DNA of 43,092 nucleotides from Paraglomus brasilianum (Eukaryota): NCBI GenBank assembly GCA_910592345.1, contig CAJVPI010000200.1, positions 1 to 43,092 of the forward strand, read 5' to 3'. Shown piece by piece: positions 1 to 11,913 of this stretch (position 1 is its first letter; each line of letters starts with the position of its first letter). The notes under the pieces were generated by a model. It saw only the letters and a program-made list of their open reading frames with translations, ran no database searches and was not told where the DNA came from. The position numbers and the translations under genes were made by a program.

Positions 1-232
1 TTCCTCGAAACGTTGCGCAACGTTGGATTACTTCCATTTTTGGATCGGTCAGCTGATCATTGACATATAACCCCGGCGACAAAACTTTTCAGCACCCCCA
101 CGTACAAAGGTTATAATTTTTTGCTGAAAAATTAGTAAACGTTCAACCTATCGAGATATTACACAAACAGCTGTGCTATCAATACGCGAAACGCGAATAA
201 ACTTAACGATTTGTTTACTGACAATAGCAAAC

Positions 233-895
233 ATGGCTTCTAGTTCGCGATCAGAACTTACACTCTTTGAACGTGGAGAAATAGTTGGTGCTTGGAAATG
301 TGGGCTGAGTGAACCAATAATTGCAGCACATCTAAATAGAGCTCCGGCTACAGTTCATAGAGTCATAGTGGCAAATCATGACTGCCAACAAGAAAAACCT
401 CCTACTCGAACAGGAAGACCTAAAAAGATTACATCAAGAGATAATCGGTCAATAAAGAGATTAGTCAAAAAAAGCAGGAGGACAAGCCTGAGGGAGACTT
501 TACTGTTAAAGAGGTTAGCTCAAACACATTACTATTACGTAGTCACCTTCACGAGATTGGTTTTCATGGTCGAGTAGGAGTAAGAAAACCACTTGTAACT
601 GAAAGGAATCGGACCAAAAGACTGTGTTGGGCCAAGGAAAGACAAGGATGGAGCAGTGAATGGGATTGCATTATTTGGAGTGATGAGGTGATGGTAGGAG
701 GCGGGTATGGAGAAGGCCTCATGAAAGATATGATGTAGACTGTCTTATACCAACAATGAAATCTGGACAAGATGGAGTAATGGTTTGGGGATGCTTTACC
801 AAAGATGGTCTTGGGTCTTTAATAAGATTAAATGGAAAAGTTACAGCCAAGGACTATATTAATGTGCTAAAAGATTATTTAGTACCTTATATGGG
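233..895 (+). pseudogene. Tc1/mariner (Tc1-type DDE) transposase, frameshifted and 3'-truncated
   Basis: N-terminal paired-like HTH (ELTLFERGEIVG...TVHRVI) and GRPKK AT-hook. Shifted frames then read LHEIGFHGRVGVRKPLVTERNRTKRLCWAKE...WDCIIWSDE and VWRRPHERYDVDCLIPTMKSG..GVMVWGCFTKDGLGSLIRLNGKVTAKDYINVLKDYLVP, all typical Tc1 motifs. The sequence breaks off before the second catalytic D. Confidence 0.9.
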
Positions 896-1135
896 GCATG
901 CTGCAACAAAACCAGACAAAGTGAACATTTGATTATGTGACATAAATGAGAGGCTGATTATGATGTGGCTGTAAAATTGACCAGGGTGACTGATGACGTT
1001 TGAAAAGTAATAATGGTGCTTGTTAATAACTTATGGACTTGTTAATTTTAGTGCTCACTTTATTATACCAGAATGTGATGAATATAAATCATAACATGGT
1101 TAATATAGGAATATCTCTATATAAAAAATATTAGT

Positions 1136-1396
1136 ATGAAACTAATTTACATTAAGTCCACTATGGAACCAAAGAATTATAGCACCATTCGAAGCATTCT
1201 AAAGAAAGCTCAAGGAGAAAAAATTGCACCTTATGTTTTTAAAATGAATGACACCCAAACTCTCCAGGAATATCTAGATCAAGAAAAAATCACTTATGAA
1301 ATTTACCAAGAAGAACGAAAAATAATAAACCATAAACGAACATTACCACCAACTCATGATGAACCAAGGAAGAAACGAAACTTGAAACGTAAGTAA
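1136..1396 (+). CDS. small intronless hypothetical protein (86 aa) with a basic C-terminal NLS-like tail; possibly part of a virus-like relic
   Basis: ATG-initiated ORF with protein-like composition ending PRKKRNLKRK; lies in an AT-rich block of tightly packed small ORFs. Confidence 0.4.
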   Translation: MKLIYIKSTMEPKNYSTIRSILKKAQGEKIAPYVFKMNDTQTLQEYLDQEKITYEIYQEERKIINHKRTLPPTHDEPRKKRNLKRK

Positions 1397-1762
1397 ATTT
1401 AACGTAAAAGCTTCCCACAAGGATCAAGCAATTTATTAACGAAAGATCGTTCCTCTTATTGTTATGGTCTTGATAAAAGATACTCGAATACATTTATTAA
1501 GCTTTGGTTCGCATTTTGCTCTTTCGACACAATTGCAATCAAGAGTCAAATTAATTCTTTTTATCGTAAGCGTAAATTTTATTATTTTAATTATTGAATG
1601 CGCGCTCTTGAAGATATAATAATACTAAAAGCACCAGAGTGATTGCATGGGAGGAAAATACTCAGACCCAAAGCCATTTATGAGTATAACCCGTTTTTTG
1701 GTCACTCTAATGCAAATTAATTTTATTCTTCTTTACTATCACTATTATCTATTTCTTCATTT

Positions 1763-2235
1763 TCATTTTCCCCATCTAAGCGAATTACATCTTTCTTCTT
1801 CTCTTCGTCGGTCCAACATTAATAGTCTTTTTCCGCGGGGTTGTTCTTCGAAGATAAAAGTTTCGTATGGTGGAAGCTGCGACAGCTTTTTCTTCAAGTA
1901 ATTTATAAATTTCGAATGCCATTTTGTTAAATGAAAATTTAGGGTCCAATTCGGTTCTTTTATCATAATTGCCTCAGATCGTTCCACATCGTTTCGATAT
2001 CTGGTGAATAAATTTTGTTCGCCGATGGTTTCATTGTTAATGATTTTCTGGACTTCATATTCGTAATTAATATTCCCATATTGCGGAGCTGGCTATTAAA
2101 AACCATGCCATTTATCAACAGGCCGAGAACAAAGCCAATAAATATTCCGAAAAAGAATTCGCTTGTGAATGTAAGCATGTTTTGTAGTGTTATTGGCGAA
2201 ATTAACAGATTTGTTTTAACGATGTATTGTTTCAA
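1763..2235 (-). CDS. two overlapping small intronless hypothetical ORFs (1963-2235 with one TM segment; 1763-1987)
   Basis: Tandem overlapping ORFs; hydrophobic stretch FFFGIFIGFVLGLLINGMVF in the first; no introns. Confidence 0.3.
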
Positions 2236-2822
2236 CGATATTATTGCGTTGTGGTTAATTTTTGAAGTAAGTTAACCGGTGCTGGTTTTATAGTGAAATA
2301 TTCGTTTGTTCATTATGTTCAAGGTCATAATTATCTAAGACCATCCGCAATAGCTTGGCTTACCCACAACTCCATAGTAATAGTTTTGTCCAACTTAGGA
2401 TGCTTAACAGAACGCTGATGAAATGTGCTAAGATTCTGTTTTGTCGAAAGTATACTAAGCCATGGTTACAGTTGAGCAATCCATGTTAAATTAAATCTCT
2501 TGTTGAAATGTTTGGCAATGTCTGCATGGAATTTTTGTTTGCATATTCACAAATTTCGCGTTTATTATCAATGCTCAATTGAACTCTTTTTTTTTTTCGA
2601 CTGGCATTGTAAGGACATTGTAAAGATTAAGAAACCTTGTTATTATGTAATGACAAAAATTTTTACTTGTTAATTGTGTGACATAATACTGCATTGATTA
2701 TCATTGGTCACATTTTGCATAGAGGGGAACAATCGGAAAAGTTCCTAATAATACGTCATTGATTAAGCGCGTTAGTATATTAGATCACATCGCGCAGCAC
2801 AAAACTTATGTGTCTTTGTCAT

Positions 2823-5277
2823 ATGGAAGACTTCAAGAAACTTCCCCAAGACTTACAAACTCAAGAAAACTTTGATTGTTTGTTGGAGCTCGAGCAAAAA
2901 AAGTTGGAATTGGAGAAGCTCTGCCTCCAACAAGGTTATGCAGGTAACGACTTTGACAAGCAGAAAATTAATTACCTTAGAGGCCTTTTAGAGCCTAGTA
3001 AGCAAGATACGATACGTAGAGGAGGAAGAATAGTTCGAATGCTGTTATTGGTTTTGTGCTATATTGCAAGAGAGGCAGTTGGGCGTTATTAGCTGGGGCA
3101 GAGCAGTGTTGTCAGTTGGGATTGGGACATAGAGCAGAGTTCATAGCAAAGGTTAGGTCATATGTGACTCATTTCAAAAACAAATTAGCAAGATATAATA
3201 TGTTTGGGTTAAAGTAAGCAGGAGCAATGGAGGAAGAATAATTAAAATGCATTACGACATGCATTGGGTTGGGACATAGAGCAGAGTCATAGCAATGGTT
3301 AGGTTTATAACACAAAATGCTTATTGCAAAGTTAACTAATGCTTGTTCACATTACTTCACATCTGATTTGCTTTCCCTGCTACTCATCTCTGCTATGACT
3401 GCTCAACTGACATTCCTTCCATCTGTCCAGCTGCCACTACTGGTGAGTGATATTTTTTATCTACCAGACCATATCCACATCCTTTTATTCATACCACTAA
3501 TGGCATTCAATGTGTTTGAACATTCCAACCTGTGCTGCTTTCATTGCTAATTTCCCCATTGACATCTGTTCCATAGTGCTGCCCAACCAATTCATTAATC
3601 CTAAACTAACTTCTGCATTCTATGTTCAGTCAGTCCATGGTACAAATATCTTTGGTGAAGGCCGTGATAGCCTTTGCGTGATTTCCAAAGAGCGATTAGA
3701 CAAGTTTGACAAATGGATGACCCAAAACCCAATTGGCCTCCTACGTAGTCCACCACGTTCTGGTAAAACAACACTTGCAGGATTTCTCAAAGAATATTTT
3801 ATGAAGCAAGGTCGCAGGGTTATAACTGTCTCGATGATCAATTTTCCTTTCTACGGAAAAGATCAAAATGCCTTCAATAACAGCTGGAGAGAAAATGGGG
3901 GGGGAGATCTCATGGGAGGATTGCTGTAATTCTAACATTCCAACAGATGTCATAATTGATGAAGCCCAGATAATTTACCGTCGTGGTCTCTCTTTTTTCT
4001 GGAATTCACTCAAGTCACTCAAGCAACCTGAATTAAGGAATCCCAATTTGCGTGTACTCATTATGAGTATGTATGGTGAACCAAGGTTCAATGCTGGCAG
4101 CAATCAGGCCACACCAATCGACTTTGAAGAAACCTTGGGATTGGATGATTTGCACATGCTGCGTGGCGAGTTTGAAACATTAACAAATGAATTTATCAAT
4201 GCATCCACTGACAACCAAGACCCAATAAAAAAAGTTAACATCACCATCCCAGCAGAAATACGTAATGCCATCTTCAATGCCACCCGTGGACATGCCAGCC
4301 TTGTCAGAATAGTCTTGGATCTCCTACGGTCTCAATATCAAGGTGGTGCTCAAGATGCTTCTAAAATGTTTGAGTATCTGCTCTCTTTATCTTCTAGCTT
4401 TCAGAATGTCATTATTGGCACACGTGCATTTGCATGGTATCAGACCTTGGAATTCAATGCCAAGGAAATCGAATTTCTGCGGAATGCTTTATACCAAATG
4501 GATGATCAATCAACCTTCCCTGCCGATCCTCATTTATCCAAAGACACTGTCACCAAATTCAAATACTCTGGGATGATAACTGATGCTGGTGAAAGGTCTA
4601 AAGGTCGTATGCAATTTGCTGCTCCAATTGTGCGTCTTATGTTGCGTCAACGCGTGTTCACTTATCATGCTCAGTTGAATCACTTGTCCACAACCAGCAA
4701 CTTTGATGAATTTTTAAAAATCACAATCCAGCGCATGCAACCATCAATATTAAAAAAATCTCTCAGCAAAAGTAAGAATCATCTCGATTCGAGATTGTTT
4801 GAGAAGGCCTGGCAAAATGAATGGTACAGGGCTGCCAGTACTGTTGTGCCACCTCACAGTTCGTTCTCAATCAGTGCTGATGTTGGCAGTATCTTTGGCT
4901 CTTCAGGAAAATTAGACTTTTACGTCAATAATGAACTCCAGTGGGGAGTAGAACTGCTACGCGAGGGAGAAGAGATGCAGGAACATGCAAACCGTTTTGA
5001 TTCCGATGGAATATACTCTAAAATTAACTTCAATAATTGGGTGATAATAGACTTCCGACACGAATCGAAAAAGCTCCTCGAACCAAAGGAAGACTTTTGG
5101 CACGTGTTATACAGCGACGATTTCAGCAAAGCAACAGTAAAACGTAAAGGCCATCCTGATATGAAATTGACTTTAGGAGAAAGCGGCGACGTGACCTTGG
5201 GGAAACAGGATTTACTCGGAAACGTTGACCATTATCAGGGCCGGTCCACAAAACGAGTACGCGGGCCACGACGATAA
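2823..5277 (+). CDS. Crinkler-like P-loop NTPase + C-terminal PD-(D/E)XK REase-fold protein; proposed exons 2823-2943, 3431-3442, 3634-5277, with a +1 frameshift in the G8 run at 3897-3904
   Basis: Walker A SPPRSGKTT and Walker B VIIDEAQ. C-terminal EKAWQNEWYRAA...GKLDFYVN...WGVELLREG matches the CR-NTPase/CR-REase architecture. Short coiled-coil header in exon 1; splice phases are consistent. Confidence 0.8.
3124..3303. repeat. imperfect ~34-bp direct repeat (GGGACATAGAGCAGAGT(T)CATAGCAA(A/T)GGTTAGG) in intron 1 of the Crinkler-like gene
   Basis: Copies at ~3124-3157 and ~3271-3303. Confidence 0.8.
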
Positions 5278-5307
5278 GGTAATCTCAAAGTTAGAATACT
5301 GGACCGA

Positions 5308-5400
5308 AATGGTTAAAATATGTAAATGAGTTAATGGTAATGGTTAAAATATGTAAATGAGTTAAATGCTAATGGTTAAAATATGTAAATGAGTAGATGG
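5308..5400. repeat. tandem repeat, 3 copies of a ~31-bp unit with core AATGGTTAAAATATGTAAATGAGT
   Basis: Read directly from the sequence. Confidence 0.9.
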
Positions 5401-6492
5401 TATTTCCACCGAAATGATGCGTGCTCGTGGAGTTGCATATCGCCGTGCTTATAAAAATGCTATCAAAATGGCACGAAACATATTATATCAGAAGGTATTT
5501 CATGGTATCAGCTAAGGTTATCCTGTAGAAAGATTATAGGAAAAGTTTGTAGAATACGCGAAACCGCCTACCTAAAATGACGTTTCAATAAATGCTAACG
5601 CTAAGACAAAAAAAATTATAAGCTCCAATTTTGCAAAACGCTTAAATCCACTTATTTCTGTTATGAAACTATAACTAAACAATTTACCTTACATTTATGA
5701 ATGGTTTCCTTATTAGGGAAATATTTTAACGATTTACCGTAAATAAGGGCCCACCTTCTCCAGTCAGGACTTATACCAAAAATGGTTATCGATTCTAGAA
5801 TAATCTTCTTGAATTTGATTGGCCCTTACTCGTACACTTCAACAACGATATTGACCACGTGTCATACAGAGGATTTACTGACGTCTGTGAAGCTAAGCAC
5901 CGGCCATAAGGCTAGATCCTTAGGACCGATTGTATGTATAGTTGGCCCGACAATTAAAATCCACGGATTACTCAGTAAAAGAAATGGTCTAGCTGCCTCT
6001 ATAAAAACTATTGCCTACGGAAAACAACCCTACGAGACAAAAATTTTTAATAACATTCATTGACAACATAGTTAATGATAGTCTTTATGCTTAGTTTTGC
6101 ACCAGAGTGACCAAAGAGACAAGTTATACTCATTAACGGCTTTGATTATTTCACTTGTTTTCGCAATTAATATTTGAAGTCTTAACATGACACAAGTAAA
6201 CTCATCATATCTCCATGCAGTGTTAAACTATAAATATGAATGCAAGTTTAAAACATCAATCACAGAGGCAACAATCAGACAATCTGATTTGCCAAATAAT
6301 TGCTGGAATATCCGAAACTTAAAGGTAGTACAGGTTGTTAAGTAATACAACTTAGAGAAGTTAAATGATGCAACAAGTGATTCATTTGAGGAACATGTAG
6401 TGACTTTAACTTAATCAGTAAATATGTGCTCAGTTGCTAGAAATTGTAATTGAAGGCTTATTCAGAGAAGTTTATTCTTTCCGATAATATTC

Positions 6493-7795
6493 TTACTCAC
6501 AAGTGACTGGATCCCAAGCTGTTTGTTGTAAAGGCTTTTCATTAACAATTGGTTTCCCCAAAAAAGTTCAAATTTACAGGCCTGATATCCAATCTTACCT
6601 GTTACGAAATTTTCATCCAAACCATCGAGGATTCCCATATCAGCATCATCAAGATGAAAATTAAAAACGTCAGCATTGCTCTCGATTCGCTCTTTATTTA
6701 TACTTTTCGGCAAGCTCACAAAGCCATGCTGGAGACCCCAACGAATTAAAATTTGTGCAGAAGTTTTGTTGTGCTTTTTGCGCAATTTGGACAAGACTGG
6801 CATCGTCAAGCCGTTGAGCTTTTGCTAATGGTGAGTATGCCTCAACGACAATAGAATTGGCTTCGCAAAAATCAGTCAATTCCTGTCGGCGGCACCATGG
6901 GTGTACCTGATGATAGTTCCCCAGCATTAATATTAATAAAGAATAACCTTATCTAATCTAAAACGACAAACTAATACACAGCATATCATCGTTATAACGT
7001 CCGTGTTACCACGACACTCGCGTCTAAATACCTCAATCTGATTAACCGCGGGTTTAATCTCTGGATTCGTCTCGAATAGTTCCCTCAGATGGTGGATACC
7101 GTAGTTAGATACTCCAATGCTTTTCACCTTACCCGATTTGACCAATTCCTCTAAAGCTCGGTAACTTTCCAGTCGTTTCTTCTTTCCCGGCAAAGGCGAA
7201 TGCAATAACAACAGATCAATGTAACCGGTTTTGAGTTTGACCAGCGATGTGTCGGCCGCTGCGAGCGTGTTTTCGTATCCTTGGTGGGCGTTCAAGATTT
7301 TGGTCGTTACAAAAACTTCATCACGCGGAGGACTATCCCTTTAAGGTATATCCAAGAGAATGTGAATTAACTTTGCAGTCGTTTTATCTTTGCAAGTGTC
7401 ATGCAAAAGTGCCAAAAACCTACCGAGCTAAGATAGCTTCGCCAACGTCAGCCTCATTTCGATATAAAGTCGCAGTGTCTACATGACGATATCCAGCCTG
7501 GCATACAATATACATTCCAACCTCAGTATGCTACTTATATCTATTGTGCAATATGCTACTTGTATATCTAGATTCATCCTTACCGCCAGAGCCGTCAACA
7601 CGGCGTTTTTGGTAACATCACCGGGTGGCGAAAGATAGACACCGAGACCTTGAAGGAAAAAGAAAAAGAAATTAACATGACCTCTTTTAAAGCTTGTTAT
7701 AAAAATGTCGTGATAATTAGCCGTTTACCAAGAAGAGGAATTTCGCGCCCGTCGTTAAGTTTAGCGGTAGAATTGATGGATAGTTGACTCTCCAT
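6493..7795 (-). CDS. aldo-keto reductase (Gcy1/YvgN-like), 6 exons; apparent 1-nt insertion at 6775-6779
   Basis: Spliced translation MESQLSINSTAKLNDGREIPLLGLGVY...GYRHVDTATLYRNE...EVFVTTK...YIDLLLLHSP...SIGVSNY...PAVNQIEVHPW...AYSPL...AQILIRW...LPKS...ERIESN...WDPVTCE*. Catalytic D/Y/K/H tetrad present. Confidence 0.92.
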
Positions 7796-8286
7796 TCTTG
7801 ATAGTACGAGGGATTTCAATTCCCTTACATTTTTTTGCTATGTGACATCTGCAAAAAAAATTGAAAACGTAAAGCTTAATAAACGCAACATCCGAAATGG
7901 AAATCTCAGTCATGAGTATGGAATTATATAAACGACATTACCATTTACAAGATTTTATCATGTGACTTGCTGATCCTGACAGACACTCGCGATGGTTCTG
8001 ATAGATTTAATGTTAACAAATCCAACATGACCTCCACTATTACTATGTCAAAGCCTTTTCAAAATGTCATCAGTCACATTGGTCAGTGTACAAGACGTTG
8101 CGGGCAATACCAACGTTTGTGTTCTGGATCGGCGGGTTCAATGACAATTTACAGCCACACGATCCACTTTTACTTTGTGTAGCGAAAACAACTTGTTATA
8201 TTTCTACTGTTCACTAATACTATCTCACCCGTTGGAACAAGTCAGCTTGGATGCAAGTCAGACATTCTTCTTAACTTGACAAAGAT

Positions 8287-9030
8287 ATGAAAGAACAAAA
8301 TAGAAATTTTTATTGCTGGTTGAATGCGCCAGTACATATTATTCTTGAAGAAACAGCAGAGAAGTTAGACTGTATAGAGATTAAATTTCTTCCTCCAAAT
8401 ACTACAGCCTTTCTTCAACCTTGCGACGCCGGAATTATTAATTCTTTTAAATGTAAATATAGAACTTTATTTATTCAAAATCGAATTAGAGCATACGACG
8501 GTATTCAAGACGGCACCTCAAAGGTACTTGTCGACTATACCATATATGATGCTTTGATGAATGCATGGTCTGATGTATCATTGCAAACCATACGTAACTG
8601 CTGGCGAAAGACTGGTATTGTTCCCGAAGAGACAGTTATTGAGCGTTATGGTACAAATTTCGGAAGGTACAGTGAGGCATACAAAATTAATTAAAATAAT
8701 AACCTTCATTCACTCAAAAAAATTTATTATTATTTTTTCGTTTTTAGTAACAATAACGACGAGGAAAAAGCTTTGGAAATGCTGCTCAAAAAATGCTAAC
8801 CATTCAGTAAATGAATACATTCACATTGAAGATGAGAATAATTGGACCGACCATACTGATAAAGATGTAATAGAATTAGTAAATCGGGAGGAAACAATAA
8901 GTAATAGAGTAGCCAGCATATCAATCGATACAGTTTTGTATCAGCAAAGACAGAATTTGGCGAGGTTACCGAAGAAGTAAAGATTTTGAGAAGATTACGC
9001 AGAAGGTCATTTCAGCAAAATCTTAAACAA
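8287..9030 (+). pseudogene. pogo/Tigger (DDE_1, CENP-B-like) transposase remnant
   Basis: NAPVH...IKFLPPNTTAFLQPCDAGIINSFKCKYR...AWSDVSLQTIRNCWRKTGI are DDE_1 hallmarks; frameshifts and a missing N-terminus. Confidence 0.88.
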
Positions 9031-10249
9031 GTTAGCCCTCCACCATTTTGAGGATAAATTGATCCCAAAGGTTAGTGAGGAGGAATACGATCTCGCATTA
9101 TTCCAAACGCATGTCTAAGTAGGTTAAGATCGGCTTACCAAAAAGGAAAAGAATTTTGAAAAGCTATTGCGAAGAAACGACTATATTACAGTATATGATG
9201 AAATTGGGGAGTTGAGGGATAAATTTGATAAATTTGAGGCGATACATAATAGTAATGAGAATTCGCGTAGAAGGAATGAGAAGGGGGTTTTTTTTTCTTT
9301 TTTCTTTTTTGTTATTTTCTATGTTATTGTATATAATAATAAATAAATAAAATTAGTATAAAATGTTGCCACAGTTGTGGCGCCAAATTAAAAATAACTA
9401 TAATAATATATTGGCGCAATAAGCGTTATATTATATAGTTACTTTTTTCTGTCAAGTAAAATTAGCTTGATAATGCCATGAAGATTTTTTTGTTAGTATT
9501 AGGGAAATTTTATATCACAAAAAGCAGATAATCTTGTAATTTCTCTAAACTTGCCAATTTCTGGCCAGATTCACATTTAATCCAGTCGGATATAGTTTAT
9601 CCTTTTGTGCGATCAAGATATCTTAACTTCTGGAAAAACACGTTACAGCAACAATAAGGAAGACATCGTTCGATCGGAGAATTCTCTGAGTAATGGGAGT
9701 GTTATTCCTTTCTTGTATTCTACACCCTATTTGCGACTATACACTAACAATAATATGAGAACGGACTATTGTTGACGCGAGAAAGATAAATGTTGAAAGA
9801 ACGTGAAGTTATGTCCATTTGTCAGAATTCGGAAAGTCCTCGCAACTGCGTGAGGTCTTCATCTGGCGGTCTTGGAACGCTGTGTCATCAGCTATAACTT
9901 GTTTACAAAAATACTAGGCAAGACAGCAGTCCTCACAGAACAATATAAGTTGAACTGTTTTGTTCCGACTTCTGTTAAAACGGCCCAAGGTAGCTAAATA
10001 TATACAGTCAAGCCTATGACGTGAAGTTTTACGAAAGGACGTGAAGTTTTACGATAGGACGTTCATGATGGACAACGTTTAGAATGTCTGGACGCAAAAT
10101 GGTCTAGCAATCGAAGGGTCAAAATAAAAATCAATTACTATCATCTAGGAATACCAACCATATTTCCTTTTTGACATTTCATAAGACCTCAAAGTTGAAT
10201 GACATTATTTATGACATCTTATGACATATTTACACACTAGTGAACTTCA

Positions 10250-11718
10250 TTATACGATAGCAGGCGTGTCTTCAATCTCGGTTGGCACGTACACAACGTT
10301 TTCTTTATCTACGATTGATGGTAATTGGAAGTCTTTGGTCTCCTTTAAATAGTGTTTTTTCAACGCGTCTCTAGCAGCCTTTGGTAGAGAACAATAGATA
10401 TTTAGTCAAGACAGAAAGCAAGAAAGAAGAAAAAGCTGAACGATGGACAATACCCTAAATTCTGCCATATCAAGAGAACTTCCAAATCCTTCTCCTAATT
10501 TTTTCGTTCCTGAATAGACGCTAACGATAAATGTCGGTGACTTTGACAGCCGGCCAGTTTCTGCCGTCAACCTAGCAGACAAAATTGGTACATTTGACAG
10601 GTAACTATGGAATATATCAACACTAAATGGTTACAAAGCCCATTTAATATTATCCGCACCTCGAAATAGGCGGCTCCTGTGAATGTCTTCTCATTAAATA
10701 GGATAAGTCCCGTTTAGGATTCACAATGTGCCTCTCGAATATTGCACCAACATTCACGTCACGCGACAGAAATTGATCATGAATAAAACTTTTTGCTGCA
10801 GCCGGGCCCTCCAGATGAACAAGCAAGATAAACAGGTAAGACGCATGTACCCCACTTTTACATAAATTCCCTAGATGAATAATCGTACCTGATCAAAATA
10901 CAACGCCCCGACAATTGCACCGACAGCATCAGCAGTCACCTTTCCGATACCACGCGGCGTATTACTCTCAGGAACCCATCGCTTCTCATTCCCATTTGCA
11001 GATTGAGTTGCTAATGCTTCGTCAGTCACCTGACAGACAGGCACACAAAATTGATTCACTTTCCCGAAAAAAAAAGGTATGGCAACACTTTTACTTACGC
11101 AAACGAAAAAATTATCAATGCCGTTCACAACCTTACCTTTTGCCATCTGACCTGACGGTCTACTCCGACTTCTCGTCCGAAAGTACTCAATGTCGTATGC
11201 CCACAGTACATTGTCAATATCTCTTCCAATATCGGGAGTGGAAGTCGGGGATATTTCACATGGAGGTATTCAGTAACATACAGACCGAAAGCATTATTGC
11301 CTGTGAGTAAATATTATACCGGTTTAATACATGTAGCTTCTTCGCTTTTGCTCTAATTAGCATTCTCATACGTACCCAATACCTGAAAACCTTCATTTGA
11401 AGGCAAATCAGTATCCACATACGTCCTATCCGTTAGAGCCTGTAGCAGGATCTTTTGATTCGAGAATTTCAAATTTAACCTGGCACCAAGCGCGTGCATT
11501 CCAGCAGGTATGCTGTCTCGGACTGGCGGATCAGGCGATATCGGTATTTTGAATTTTGGTTTTATGACATATCTGGGGGAAGAATTGTGAAAAGAACGGG
11601 TAAGAGAAAGAGACGGGATGCGTAGAAACTGCTGTGGAAAATGGGTGATTGAGTGAATTATAGGTAAGAAGCGTGAAAAGGTGATGGGTAACGTCGAATG
11701 GGAGACGTGAAGAGGCAT
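10250..11718 (-). CDS. MRPL3: mitochondrial ribosomal protein mL44 (RNase III-like + dsRBD), 6 exons
   Basis: Presequence-like N-terminus, then [24 protein letters not shown]...[11 protein letters not shown]...[14 protein letters not shown]...NPKRDL...[42 protein letters not shown]. Confidence 0.9.
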
Positions 11719-11913
11719 GGTAATTGTAGGCAACTAGATTTGGCTTTCTTTTTGCATTTATTTCACCATCTTGTGTGACATAAATTTTTAAACTCTAATC
11801 TAGATGAGCACGTGAACGGGAAATCTAAAAGATTACATCTGCCAATTCGATCCTACTCTGCTGTTAACGAACAAGATCACCAAATTATTCACTCAAGTCT
11901 TCAGCTCATTAGT

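Noticed and set aside
5308..5400. CRISPR-like array
   Set aside because: Only three near-adjacent units with ~7-nt linkers, no unique spacers, eukaryotic context: a minisatellite.
9828..9870. GGAAAGTCCTCG resembling the RNase MRP P4 strand
   Set aside because: No matching 3' P4 strand or GARAR loop found; it only forms a local hairpin.
10018..10062. 20-bp tandem duplication GACGTGAAGTTTTACGA(A/T)AG
   Set aside because: A simple local duplication with no further structure.
11068..11076. A9 run as a frameshift in MRPL3
   Set aside because: It lies inside an intron (~11029-11137).
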